This document shows, one piece after another, positions 39,701 through 48,821 of a stretch of 64,000 nucleotides of DNA. How positions within the stretch are numbered: position 1 is the stretch's first letter; the number at the start of each line of letters is the position of its first letter. A program made the translations under genes and the position numbers. The notes beneath the pieces are model-generated. The model made no database searches, had not been told where the DNA came from, and was given only the letters and a program-made list of their open reading frames with translations. Source of the stretch: Thermodesulfobacteriota bacterium (GTDB lineage Bacteria > Desulfobacterota > UBA8473); the NCBI GenBank assembly GCA_040757775.1, contig JBFLWQ010000001.1:58917-122916 (forward strand). The letters run 5' to 3'.

Positions 39701-40193
39701 TGCTGAAGACCTGGCAACAAGAGCTTTGTCAGGAGCAGCAACAGGGGCTGCTTGGGGCACATGGGTAATGCCTGGTGTAGGTACAGGCATAGGTGCAATC
39801 ATAGGAGGGATTACAGGACTGCTCGGTGGTTTGTTCCATGAGGGTGGCATCATCAAGGCTCATGGAGGGCTGAAGATAGGAAGTGCTATCTCCGATATGA
39901 TGTCATCTGTTTTTAAGCCAAGAGAAAAGCTAGTCCTTACTGAAGTTGGCGAAGGGATCCTACCTGTTCCAGTCATGGATAGACTTGGTGACATAGGTTT
40001 TGAGAGCCTACGGAGTGGGAACTTTGAGATTAAATCCGAACGTAGCTCTGTATCAGGAACTGGAAACCATTTCTATATTGATAAGTTGGTAGCGATTGAA
40101 GGTGACTACCACGTGTTTGATGATAGGTTTATTGAAAATCTGACCAGAAAGGTAAGAACTGAATTACAAAATCTTGCAGAACTGAGGCACTAA
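36798..40193 (+). CDS. tail tape-measure protein
   Basis: 1131 aa; N-terminal TP901-type region, long EK-rich coiled coil, Gly-rich hydrophobic C-terminal segments. Confidence 0.8.
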   Translation: MFDAGSLVSKLTLDATEYFKKLGEALSKFEGLGTSIGKEMDKIQKDGQIAADKMASSWNKALKDIEKNSDMFKSIGMKISAIAAAGTAGLTATVMASSKFEASLANVSTLVNTSEVSMAKLKQGIMDLPPELGRATMLSEGLYQALSAGVKPAEAIGFVTAAAKAAKAGLTDAFTAVDAGTTILNAFGMQTSDAGIAFDQMFKTVELGKVTFEGLAVTVGNVAPTFATAKLSTEEMFAAIATLTAGGIDAARATTSLNSVVLNIIRPQENAIEVARQYGIDLSLAGLQAKGFSGFLKELQDKVGGNTEALVKIIPNIEALRAILPLVGTQANMFGEALDAIGAKSKGAIDKAFLKQMDTTKESFAALGVSVEKFAIAIGDKLAPVIRVVTERVTDMVKWFNDLNDGWKTAIGLSVALGTGLAAITGPALLLIGYLPRIAEGIAMIGTFIAAHPIGLAITGIAAAIGALTIAFLSYKAALADVTPFQEYSHNLAVVDKELERLRGRVETLEKQPWIFGPTKGMIQETLDRIKELEEKRQQIIRDFAKIGDKEEEDRKKAKEEKEKLEKEKKRIEEQEERNRRKQLKSQADDEARKERVKLNRELELSLMNEKEKAIAIMNEKVEAFRKAGLDETKIQGYIDQEKLEIEQKYTGLTQKEYDKLVEHWRQANKYKAELAGKALEEELRETDNAINQQEAMYRDLFYKSGQYAKEYTYFRELQIDIETDDLIESLTKNVRSIEEANEIILLIEQQAVEKKRQLHLETNKAMLQYSNDFVMGWSIGLDEMLAKQYTWGQAGYDVFKAFTDGAKTMFSSMFMDFFTSDLKTFGDYWESFWNSMQRKFSEILSQMLVEWMMTQGRMQYATGGGYTQTGAGGQVVQTSYGMLSGAALAGIPAGSEVAFVPLSELSQAEITAAVQQGANITTTSEGVQGLAVTKVAEAGFWQYAGTAGISYMGSNLVASLLGTEKGSAEDLATRALSGAATGAAWGTWVMPGVGTGIGAIIGGITGLLGGLFHEGGIIKAHGGLKIGSAISDMMSSVFKPREKLVLTEVGEGILPVPVMDRLGDIGFESLRSGNFEIKSERSSVSGTGNHFYIDKLVAIEGDYHVFDDRFIENLTRKVRTELQNLAELRH

Positions 40194-40196
40194 CTG

Positions 40197-41276
40197 ATGG
40201 GTAGTTGTAGGTTCATGTACCAAAACGAAATCACTGATGCGTCACTGATAACGGTATCATCCTTGCTGTATGGAACTATAGGTGGGGTTTTTGCGGAACA
40301 GTTGGGGTCTGCAACGGTTCAGAATGGTGGTGTGTACTCTGGTAATATTGATCGTCAATTTGTTGTTGAGATAGATAGCGTTGCTGGAGGCAAAGAGGTT
40401 GGTCAGGCAACGTTCAAGTGGTCTGATACAGGAGGGGTGACATGGAATGAAACAGGAGTGTTGACGCAGACCGATCCGTACTTGATGAGTTATGGTGTTA
40501 CGGTTAAGTTTACTACCGGAAGTGGAGATGACTTTGAACTCGAAGACAGGTGGTCATGGATATGCTCGAATAATTATGGTACGCAGAAATTGATAGACCT
40601 GGATAGGGAGTATTGGTATCAGTCTCGGTCTCTCGATAACCCCAACACGATTACGGTGGATTTAGGTAGTGCTAAGAATATTAAGGCATGTGAGATTTTC
40701 GACCATAACTTCTCTTCCGTAGCAGTAATTACGTTAATGGCTAATGATGCTGATTCATGGGGTTCCCCCTCTTATTCACGTGTCCTGACATGGAATGACG
40801 AAAAGATTGGTGTGTACCTTGATGAGACGTATAGGTATTGGAGATTGCAAGTTTCTAACCAGACTAACCCTGATGGATATATCAGGGTGGGAGAATTGTA
40901 TCTTGGATCCTATATGGAACTGTCACGCAACTTCGAGCTGGGACGTGGACAGAAAACCGTTGCATCGGAAAGCAGTCAACGGTCTAAAGCAGGAATTGAA
41001 AGAAGAGAGCTTAACTATCTTCAGGAGGTATTTGGTATTACGTTTAAGGACCTTGTTGAGAATGACATAACTCTTCTGTTAGCAATGTTTAAGCAATTGA
41101 AGAGCGTGTCTCAAAGAAAAAGTTTACCGTTTTTTTTCAATGTAGACTGCGAGAATCCAAACGATACGTTTTTAGTTCATATTGAGAAAGAACTTGATCG
41201 GTCGAATATACGGCAGTACCTAGACCTGTACGATGTTAGTATGACATTAACGGAGGTAAGTAAGTCAAGTGCATAA
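40197..41276 (+). CDS. distal tail protein (Dit-like)
   Basis: 359 aa directly after the tape-measure gene. Confidence 0.4.
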   Translation: MGSCRFMYQNEITDASLITVSSLLYGTIGGVFAEQLGSATVQNGGVYSGNIDRQFVVEIDSVAGGKEVGQATFKWSDTGGVTWNETGVLTQTDPYLMSYGVTVKFTTGSGDDFELEDRWSWICSNNYGTQKLIDLDREYWYQSRSLDNPNTITVDLGSAKNIKACEIFDHNFSSVAVITLMANDADSWGSPSYSRVLTWNDEKIGVYLDETYRYWRLQVSNQTNPDGYIRVGELYLGSYMELSRNFELGRGQKTVASESSQRSKAGIERRELNYLQEVFGITFKDLVENDITLLLAMFKQLKSVSQRKSLPFFFNVDCENPNDTFLVHIEKELDRSNIRQYLDLYDVSMTLTEVSKSSA

Positions 41277-41331
41277 TAGGTCTCTAGCGTTTGCTACAAG
41301 ACAAAACAGAGGGGAGCGGGAAGTAGTTGTT

Positions 41332-41781
41332 ATGCGGATTACTAACACTGCTGGACTACGTATATTCTCGGAAAGACGTCCACCAGAAAACATAGTTCAA
41401 GTAACTGAAATTGCGCTCTTCGATGGAAGCTATACGTTCAACGGTGACATACTTTACGGAGATGGATATGAAGCAATATTGGACTTTGGTGGACGTGTAC
41501 TGAACTGGGGAGAGTTACGAAATACCCTATTGCCCGGTGGTAATGACCTTTTTTCGAGTCTGCAGTCACAGGAAATATCCACCATCTCAATTAGTATGGA
41601 CAACACGGATAAGTATTTCTCCAAAATCCTTGGAACTGAAAATCTGCTGTCTGCTGGTGTTGAGGTACTAGTTGGGTTTGATGGTATTGCCAGGGATGAA
41701 TTTATAAAACAGTTCACAGGAATAGTTCAGAAAGTCTCTCTTGGTGATGGAAAAACTACTCTTAACCTTCGTGCTGTATAG
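41332..41781 (+). CDS. hypothetical tail-associated protein
   Basis: ATG 41332 with RBS aggggagcggg (the track's GTG at 41269 overlaps the upstream gene). Confidence 0.3.
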   Translation: MRITNTAGLRIFSERRPPENIVQVTEIALFDGSYTFNGDILYGDGYEAILDFGGRVLNWGELRNTLLPGGNDLFSSLQSQEISTISISMDNTDKYFSKILGTENLLSAGVEVLVGFDGIARDEFIKQFTGIVQKVSLGDGKTTLNLRAV

Positions 41782-41790
41782 GATTTAGTA

Positions 41791-43839
41791 ATGAGCATCA
41801 ATTTGCAAGAAACGTTTAAGCTAGGTCATGCGTGGCGGTACAGTAATCCCCGCACTCCGACTGATTATTTGCCTTTGGTTTACGGATACATGAAAGGTGG
41901 GAGCAAAGGAATATGGAATTGTCCATGTATTGATACTGTGAATTTCTACTACCTCATCTCTGATAGCACGATACTGAGTGCAGGAGATGGGAATAGCTTT
42001 ACGGTTTACGACAAGGATGGAAATGTTATTGACCCTGCAGATTACACCATTGTTGACGACCACACCGATGAGAATGGTAAGCATATAGCAATCATTGATT
42101 TTGTTGCAGACCAGGCTACGAAAGAGCCTATATCAATTAGATGTAAGGGTAAGAATAGTAGTTCATCGCTCATAGAGAATCCGATTGAGGTCATAGAAGA
42201 TTTTGTTGTTAATGTTGTTGGTGGTGCATCCTCAGATTTCGATGCCTTTGCTTTGCAGAAGGCAAAGGATATCTGTAGCGGATACGAATGTGCTGGGTTA
42301 ATAAATGGAGACAGGTCTATAGGTACTACGCTGTCCGAGATTCTCTATTCTTTTAATGGTGAGTGGTGGAAGAATAACGTTGGTAAAATAGTAATATTGA
42401 TTAATACCATCAACCAGGTGTTTGACCATAAGGGCGAAGTATTCGAGAAGTATGTAAGTAATCTGGTGGCTACACAAGATGAGAAAAATCTCTGCAACCA
42501 GGCAGAAGTTCTCTATGCCTATAACTACAGGCTGAATACGTATGAGGAAGGAGATGATGGTAACTCCACTAAGGATCAGTTATCGCAGAGTATACACGGA
42601 GCCAAGATTAAGACGTGTGAATTTAAATGGTGCAGGGACTTAAGTACGGCAAATGCTGTTCAGTCGGTTATAGTTGATAGGTTTAAAGACTCTGTATGGA
42701 TGATCAGTTTTGATGATGCTACGCTGAGGAATGTTCATTTTGAGACAGGAGACTTTGTTCTGTTTAGCCACTCTGAGCTTTATGATAAGACACGAAGTCC
42801 GTTTCAGAATAGAATTGTTCAGGTGATGTCGAAAGTTGTTAGTCTCAATGAGGGGTTCGTCTCGTTTGAGGTTGTTGATAAGAATGTATCTTATCACAGC
42901 TTTGAGGAGACGTTTGAAGACGTTGTTAATGTTTCGGAACTAATCTCAAAGACTTTTGGCAAGGGTGCGTTTGAGCAGATTGGCATATCAGAGCTTATTG
43001 CGATGGCGGTTACTAAGGTAGCGGCCGATGGAGTATCTATAAGTGAGGCAGTAGCTAAGGATGTCCATAAGATAGGAAGAAATGTTGTTACCTCTCTTGG
43101 TTCTATTACTTGTAACCTATCCCTAGTCAATGGGGTTGCCTTTGTAACCAATCCGTCAGTGGACTTAACTCCTTATATTGGAAAGTTACTTACCTTGAAG
43201 GCAGGAGGTAAAACTCTAACGGGCTGGATCAAGGCGGCAGGGACTGGGGAAACATATGGTTCAGAAACACTTTCAAATCCAGAATTCATTGATGCGAGTG
43301 CATGGAATACTGTATTGACTGGATGGACATTAGGGGGAGGAGTTGCCACATATGCACCCGGAGACGTGTATGCACATATATATCAGGCTACATCTCCATC
43401 TGTGGGCAGTCTGATGAGAGTAGTTGTTATCGCTAATTCAGTTTCTGCAGGTTGGTTCATTCTGGATTGGCCGGTTTCGTATTTTTATAATACGGCAGGC
43501 ACTAAAATTATTTATGGGGTTGCTACGGGTGGGTTAGATAATAAACTGATAGCATATTATAGTTTGATAGCGGAATTTGAGAGTTATTCAGTTAAACAAG
43601 TTTTAACCCCTTCGCCTACAGGTGTTACGATAGTATCTACCAAGGGTGGGTCAGTATATAACTGGGCATCAAATGACGGTATAGACCCTAATGCAGTAGC
43701 TTTTGATGCTTATATTGGAGATGAAGCAGAGAAGGTTTGGCTCTCTGAGCAGGCATGGAAAAACTGGTTCAAGTATGATGGGGTGTATGACCATAATGGA
43801 GCAATCTATTACGGAAAGGATTATGGGGTGCTGGTATGA
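41791..43839 (+). CDS. tail-associated lysin/baseplate (Tal-like) or fibre protein
   Basis: 682 aa; largest baseplate-region gene. Confidence 0.4.
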   Translation: MSINLQETFKLGHAWRYSNPRTPTDYLPLVYGYMKGGSKGIWNCPCIDTVNFYYLISDSTILSAGDGNSFTVYDKDGNVIDPADYTIVDDHTDENGKHIAIIDFVADQATKEPISIRCKGKNSSSSLIENPIEVIEDFVVNVVGGASSDFDAFALQKAKDICSGYECAGLINGDRSIGTTLSEILYSFNGEWWKNNVGKIVILINTINQVFDHKGEVFEKYVSNLVATQDEKNLCNQAEVLYAYNYRLNTYEEGDDGNSTKDQLSQSIHGAKIKTCEFKWCRDLSTANAVQSVIVDRFKDSVWMISFDDATLRNVHFETGDFVLFSHSELYDKTRSPFQNRIVQVMSKVVSLNEGFVSFEVVDKNVSYHSFEETFEDVVNVSELISKTFGKGAFEQIGISELIAMAVTKVAADGVSISEAVAKDVHKIGRNVVTSLGSITCNLSLVNGVAFVTNPSVDLTPYIGKLLTLKAGGKTLTGWIKAAGTGETYGSETLSNPEFIDASAWNTVLTGWTLGGGVATYAPGDVYAHIYQATSPSVGSLMRVVVIANSVSAGWFILDWPVSYFYNTAGTKIIYGVATGGLDNKLIAYYSLIAEFESYSVKQVLTPSPTGVTIVSTKGGSVYNWASNDGIDPNAVAFDAYIGDEAEKVWLSEQAWKNWFKYDGVYDHNGAIYYGKDYGVLV

Positions 43840-44282
43840 AAAGTACGATAAAGATCAAGGGTAAGGTAAAGATAGAATTGTTTGATAAAGATGGCAAGCT
43901 GAAGGATGTCAGGGATATCGCTGGCAATCTAGTTGTGGATGATGGACTTAGTCATATAGCTGACCAGATGAGTGACCAGGGGGAGGCGCAGATGTCGCAC
44001 ATGGCGATTGGAGTAGGAACGACTGCCCCTGATCCTAGCGATACGGCTCTTGAATCAGAACTCGATAGGAATGCACTAACGTCTGTAACCCAAACAGATA
44101 ATGAAGTCGAGTATATCGGTGATTGGGCTGCTGGTGACGGAACCGGTGCAATAACCGAAGCTGGAATTTTCAACGATCCGGCTGCAGGAACAATGCTTGC
44201 CAGAATAACTTTTGCCGTAATCAACAAAGCTGCCAATGATCAGCTCAGGATAACCTGGACGCATACATATAGTGCAGCATAG
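43836..44282 (+). CDS. tail fibre-associated protein
   Basis: ATGA overlap; 148 aa. Confidence 0.3.
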   Translation: MKSTIKIKGKVKIELFDKDGKLKDVRDIAGNLVVDDGLSHIADQMSDQGEAQMSHMAIGVGTTAPDPSDTALESELDRNALTSVTQTDNEVEYIGDWAAGDGTGAITEAGIFNDPAAGTMLARITFAVINKAANDQLRITWTHTYSAA

Positions 44283-44293
44283 GAGAATAGAAT

Positions 44294-45160
44294 ATGGAAA
44301 CTCCATCTTGGATACAATATACAGAATCAGTGGTAGGAGAGAATCATCCCTCACTGGCTGATGTTGCCAACAGGCCGGCAAAGACGATACACACAAATCA
44401 CTTGAGTTTGCTTCTTGGGCTAAGAATCAAGCATTCCATCCTGAAATATGTCGATGATGATGAATTTAAAGTTTCGTTTCCTTTCACACCACCTGGTGAA
44501 TCGGCTTGGTCAGATGTCACCCTGAAGCTTGCCCTTGTTGCAGGTGGTGGACAACTTAAGGCAGGTGATGCAGTCACAGCCCATGAGTTTTATGTCGTCT
44601 ATATTGCTAACACCGTAACCGAACAGCCCATTGCTGGTGATTTTGTTATACGAGAGGGGCAGACGACTACCGAATCAGGTTACGCAAAGATTGGAGTAAT
44701 CTACAACACCCAAGTAACAAATGCAGTTATCAGAGCGTTTGACATGGCTGAGCACAATGTATATATGTGGCGGGATGGAAAAGATCTTAGACCATTGGAT
44801 ACTGGTGCTCAAACGAGCTGGACAGATGTTGATCTTGATCCCGCTGTAGGGTCAACACGTTATGCTCCATCAACGGCTCGGCAAGCAATCATGTTTGCTG
44901 TTTTGGTAATTAGAGTTACTGATTATCAATATGGAATAGCATGGGCTCGAAAAGATGGTGGGGCTGGTAATGGAAGATATGTAGCCTTTGCTCAGCAAAA
45001 TAGTAATGGAGATATAGCTAGGGATGCTAATGAGTTTAGAATTGAATTGGTTAATGGAGTTTTTGAGTATAAGCTTTCAGGAGATGCAGCAACTTTATTA
45101 ACAGTTGATATATATTGCCACGGTTTTGTGGATTCAGACAGCGTAAGCGTAAGTGATTAG
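44294..45160 (+). CDS. tail fibre / receptor-binding candidate
   Basis: 288 aa; RBS aggaga. Confidence 0.3.
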   Translation: METPSWIQYTESVVGENHPSLADVANRPAKTIHTNHLSLLLGLRIKHSILKYVDDDEFKVSFPFTPPGESAWSDVTLKLALVAGGGQLKAGDAVTAHEFYVVYIANTVTEQPIAGDFVIREGQTTTESGYAKIGVIYNTQVTNAVIRAFDMAEHNVYMWRDGKDLRPLDTGAQTSWTDVDLDPAVGSTRYAPSTARQAIMFAVLVIRVTDYQYGIAWARKDGGAGNGRYVAFAQQNSNGDIARDANEFRIELVNGVFEYKLSGDAATLLTVDIYCHGFVDSDSVSVSD

Positions 45161-45168
45161 GAGGCAAT

Positions 45169-45375
45169 ATGGCAGTACATTGGGGGTATGTAGAAAAAAG
45201 ACTGGCTGACGGAAAAATAGTTGGGTGGATATGCTCTCCCAAACCACCAGAGGCAAGAAAAGGGTACGACTGGGTGGAGGTGGAAGATCAACCCGTGGTT
45301 GAGGGAGAAACACTACTGGTTAGGGATAAAAAGGTTGGAGAACGGGTGAGTTCTGATGAATTAAAGGTTATATGA
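45169..45375 (+). CDS. hypothetical small protein
   Basis: RBS aggagg + ATG; 68 aa. Confidence 0.3.
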   Translation: MAVHWGYVEKRLADGKIVGWICSPKPPEARKGYDWVEVEDQPVVEGETLLVRDKKVGERVSSDELKVI

Positions 45376-45397
45376 ATGATTTAAGCTTAGAAAGAAA

Positions 45398-45799
45398 GTG
45401 ATACGAATTATGAAAACAAAGATAGTTAGACTTGAAGAAAGTACTCAGGGAGCCTTGGGGGTATTGCTAATTGATGATGTTATCTTCTGTTTTACATTAG
45501 AACCAGACAGAAATGAAAAAGGAAAGTTATATATCCCACAAGGAGAATATCATTGTAAGAGATTTCACGGTACAAAGTGGAAGAATACCTTTGAGATAGT
45601 AGTACCTGGTCATACAGCAGTTTTATTCCATTCAGGAAATACCGAAGCCGATACTCTGGGTTGTATTCTTCTTGGTGCCACTACTGGTAAACTAAAGGGG
45701 AATAGGGCTGTTTTAAATAGTGGAGAGACGTTTAAAAACTTCTTAGACAGAACCAAAGATGTTAATGAGTTTCCTCTTATTATTGAAGATAGCTATTAA
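45398..45799 (+). CDS. L,D-transpeptidase-fold (YkuD-like) protein, candidate cell-wall hydrolase
   Basis: HSGNTEADTLGCILLG resembles the His...(S/T)xGC(I/V) catalytic signature of YkuD domains. Weak, motif-level only. Confidence 0.3.
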   Translation: MIRIMKTKIVRLEESTQGALGVLLIDDVIFCFTLEPDRNEKGKLYIPQGEYHCKRFHGTKWKNTFEIVVPGHTAVLFHSGNTEADTLGCILLGATTGKLKGNRAVLNSGETFKNFLDRTKDVNEFPLIIEDSY

Positions 45800-45967
45800 A
45801 CATTGGGTAAGCTATGTATGTGAGGGGCTGGAAGATTAGAAGTGCATGGTATTGGAGCGAGTTAAAGATTGGTATTGTCATTGATATTAGTCGCAACCGA
45901 ATAGAAATCGAACTCCAGCCTTTTCCTTGTTGGTGTATTTCAGTATGGAAAAGACGGAAATCACATA

Positions 45968-46336
45968 ATGGAGGTTGAGCCAATGGAAGGATTTGGTCGT
46001 CATTTTACTTTTGATGGAGTAATCAAGGATATAAGTTTGATTGAACCAGAAAGGGTAAGAGATTTTCTTAATAAATGCCCTGATGAAATAGAGATGACCA
46101 AGATTACACTTCCATCGGTGTATGAAATAGGCGGTAAAGTTATTGGGATGGTTATTATAGCTGAAAGCCATATAAGTTTTCATGGAAACCTGAACACAGG
46201 ATTAATAAATATTGATGTATTTTCCTGCATGTTTTTCAGTTTTAAAACAGCCTTTGATACAGCAGAAAAATATTTCCCTTGCAACAGGGTTAAAACCAAT
46301 TTTATTGAAAGAGGTTTAGAATTTGTAAGAACCTAG
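45968..46336 (+). CDS. S-adenosylmethionine decarboxylase-like pyruvoyl enzyme (small SpeH/SpeD class 1a type)
   Basis: 122 aa; ...GKVIGMVIIAESHISFHGNLNTGLINIDVFSC aligns with the AdoMetDC proenzyme core (ESH self-cleavage site ... DVFTCG). Confidence 0.55.
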   Translation: MEVEPMEGFGRHFTFDGVIKDISLIEPERVRDFLNKCPDEIEMTKITLPSVYEIGGKVIGMVIIAESHISFHGNLNTGLINIDVFSCMFFSFKTAFDTAEKYFPCNRVKTNFIERGLEFVRT

Positions 46337-46349
46337 AAAGGAGGACAAT

Positions 46350-46901
46350 GTGGATTGGTCAGATGTAGTCGATGTCATAAAGAAGGTAGCTCCAACAGCA
46401 GAGGGATTATTGTCTGCTTTTGGAGGTCCACCAGGGATGATAGCTGCGGGGGCGATTAAGGCAGCAGCGATGGCTTTTGGATTATCCGAGACCGCTAAGC
46501 CAGATGAGTTAGTTTCAGCAATAGCTAATGATCCTCAAGCCGCTTTAAAACTTGCGCTAGCCGATCAGGATTTCAAGCTGAAAATGAGAGAGCAGGATAT
46601 TGAAGAGATAAAGACTAAGCTTGTGGATGTTCAAAATGCTCGTAATATGAATGTTGAAGGAGTTAAAGCGACTGGAAAAAGAGATGTGGAAGATAAAGTT
46701 TTTGACTGGTTCCTCATTATTGGTTTCTTTACAATACTTGGACTTATGCTTTGGTTAAAGCCGCCTGAAAGTACCAATCTAGGATTAATGATAGGGGCGG
46801 TTATTATGGCATTCGGACAAGTAGTCAATTTTAGGAAGGGAACAACAGTAAATAGTTCGAGAAAAACAGAATTGCTTGCGAAAGCGGAACCAATATTTTA
46901 A
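46350..46901 (+). CDS. membrane protein (holin-like candidate)
   Basis: GTG start after RBS aaggagg; two C-terminal TM helices (FDWFLIIGFFTILGLMLWL; LGLMIGAVIMAFG). Confidence 0.35.
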   Translation: MDWSDVVDVIKKVAPTAEGLLSAFGGPPGMIAAGAIKAAAMAFGLSETAKPDELVSAIANDPQAALKLALADQDFKLKMREQDIEEIKTKLVDVQNARNMNVEGVKATGKRDVEDKVFDWFLIIGFFTILGLMLWLKPPESTNLGLMIGAVIMAFGQVVNFRKGTTVNSSRKTELLAKAEPIF

Positions 46902-47119
46902 CTAAGAAAACTAAGAAATTTATCGATAAAAAAAGGATTACAACGCTTTTTATCGCTTTACGTAGTATCAACAGTAAAGCATCTGTAAAAATATCGGGGC
47001 TTTTCTGAAAACATCAATAACATTAACTACTTACATGATGTCTAAAAACGCCTACAATGAATTTTCTTTTTTAAACCCATATAAACCTACCTTTGTTTGA
47101 CATCCATTGATTTTGTTCC

Positions 47120-47240
47120 AGATCAATACCATCAACTGTTTACCGATTCAACAATATCAATACTTCACCGTCCATAGTCACCGAATCAATAAAATCAAGC
47201 CTTTACCGATTCAATAATATCAAGTATTTACCGTCAAGAA
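47120..47240 (+). repeat. iteron-like direct repeat array (TCAAYAAYATCAA core, >=4 copies)
   Basis: TTTACCGATTCAACAATATCAA at 47139-47160 and TTTACCGATTCAATAATATCAA at 47202-47223 (21/22 identical), with degenerate copies at ~47121, ~47178 and another ~46987. Confidence 0.45.
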
Positions 47241-47277
47241 AAACGGCATAAGTACTTAAAATCATTGCATTTTTTTC

Positions 47278-47306
47278 TTGACACCAGTTTATCTGTATGC
47301 TAGAAT
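47278..47306 (+). promoter_or_regulatory. sigma70-like promoter P1 (TTGACA-17-TAGAAT) with conserved leader
   Basis: TTGACA at 47278-47283, 17-nt spacer, TAGAAT at 47301-47306; downstream leader GAAATCATAAAACATAAATCACAAAGG, then RBS + ATG 47346. Confidence 0.55.
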
Positions 47307-47345
47307 GAAATCATAAAACATAAATCACAAAGGGGGAAAAAGGAG

Positions 47346-47555
47346 ATGCCAAGCCAGGAAGCAATTGAGGAGATTGAGAACATAACCGAGTATCTCATAA
47401 GGTTCGCAACCAGGCCCCCAAAGGGCTCCCTTACACCTTACCTAATCGGTACTAAGCTCCTAAATGAGGGATTGAACAACCCTTCAAATCTCGCAATAGT
47501 AATGGCTGATCTTAAGAAAGCAGGAGTAAAGATTCAATCTGCCAGAAGGTATTAA
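47346..47555 (+). CDS. hypothetical early protein
   Basis: RBS aaaaaggag + ATG; 69 aa. Confidence 0.35.
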   Translation: MPSQEAIEEIENITEYLIRFATRPPKGSLTPYLIGTKLLNEGLNNPSNLAIVMADLKKAGVKIQSARRY

Positions 47556-47556
47556 G

Positions 47557-47733
47557 ATGATGGAAATAGAAAGAAGTATAGTCAAGAAAAAATTGATGGA
47601 CGCTGAAGGATACTTCCTTGATAGGAAAATGATAGCGTTCGATGGAACTGGAGACCTTCATATTCAGTGGCTACTGGCAATAGTGAAATTAATAGTGGCA
47701 GGAAAGCTAACCCTAAAAGGAGAATTAGAATGA
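47557..47733 (+). CDS. hypothetical small protein (not in ORF track)
   Basis: 58 aa; ATGA coupling to the next gene. Confidence 0.25.
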   Translation: MMEIERSIVKKKLMDAEGYFLDRKMIAFDGTGDLHIQWLLAIVKLIVAGKLTLKGELE

Positions 47734-47951
47734 GGTCAATTGAAGAAATTGTTGAAAGTGTTCTTATGGAAGAAAAGAAATTGTTTCCACAGGAGTCTGA
47801 CACAGAGAGGCTAAAAGCAACAAAGCATCTCTGCAAAAGATGCGAATCCCCTGTTATCAATGGACGCATTATCTGTCCAAGGCTCGAAAGGGAGATAGCA
47901 CTTGAAGGATGCAACCGCATTTATGGAGGTAACTGTGCACCAGTTTTATAA
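47730..47951 (+). CDS. zinc-ribbon small protein
   Basis: ATG 47730 with RBS aaaaggag (the track's GTG at 47667 rejected); CKRCESP...CPRLE. Confidence 0.3.
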   Translation: MRSIEEIVESVLMEEKKLFPQESDTERLKATKHLCKRCESPVINGRIICPRLEREIALEGCNRIYGGNCAPVL

Positions 47952-48420
47952 CGAAATTGAAGGATGGTTAACTGATTCAAAATTGAAGGTAAATGGCTGC
48001 CCGGACTTCCCGAGAAAGATCGCTCTTGATTGTTTGGTGTTAGGAGGTCCTGAAAAATATGGAGTTGCCAAGAAAATGTGGCGAAGTGCTTATGAGAACG
48101 TGAGACATCTTCTCACCGATGAAGCCTTTGCTGATTTTGCTTCCGTTGGATTAACAGTTTGGATAGCGGAGCAAGGACTTGATGGAACGCTGACCGAATT
48201 CATAATGGACTATGTTGCTTACCTGGTTGAGAAAGACCTAGAGGTTGAGATCAAGGGAAATACGACATCGAAGAAATCAATGGGGGTTAGAATTAGAGGC
48301 AAAACCCCTGAAATTGCAAATTTAGTATATCAGAAAATGATGGATGGTGCTTTGAAACTGGTTGGGAGCATCGATGAGGTATTTGCTAATCTTCTCAATA
48401 CCATAATTCTAGCAAGATAA
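47902..48420 (+). CDS. hypothetical protein
   Basis: 172 aa, no motif recognised. Confidence 0.3.
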   Translation: MKDATAFMEVTVHQFYNEIEGWLTDSKLKVNGCPDFPRKIALDCLVLGGPEKYGVAKKMWRSAYENVRHLLTDEAFADFASVGLTVWIAEQGLDGTLTEFIMDYVAYLVEKDLEVEIKGNTTSKKSMGVRIRGKTPEIANLVYQKMMDGALKLVGSIDEVFANLLNTIILAR

Positions 48421-48430
48421 GGAGAAATGT

Positions 48431-48811
48431 ATGAAAAAAGGTACGTACTATATAGGGGATCCAGGTTACGTCTTCGATGAGTCTTGGGAAGATTTTTTAG
48501 AAGAAACGGAATACTGCGAAGATGGGATATATGAATATACAGGGGAAATGGTATGTGTTGGCAAAACGGCTTATGGAGATGGTGCTTACTATGATATGCA
48601 GAGAAGGAGGTATGCGGTTGACTCTGGTTCGTTGGGTATTTTACCAGTTTCTTTGCTAGAGATGGATAATATAGAGACCGTTGAAAGTATCAAAAGCAAA
48701 TGCTTTTCCCATATCGTAGAAATGAAAGAAGATTTTGATTGCAACGTAAAAAATGGGGTTTTTAGGTTTGGAAATATTGTAATTGATACAAAAGATGATG
48801 GAGAAGAATAA
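48431..48811 (+). CDS. hypothetical protein
   Basis: 126 aa; YIGDPGYVF...GDGAYYD...VDSGSLG motifs, family unknown. Confidence 0.3.
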   Translation: MKKGTYYIGDPGYVFDESWEDFLEETEYCEDGIYEYTGEMVCVGKTAYGDGAYYDMQRRRYAVDSGSLGILPVSLLEMDNIETVESIKSKCFSHIVEMKEDFDCNVKNGVFRFGNIVIDTKDDGEE

Positions 48812-48821
48812 GGAGGAAGTT

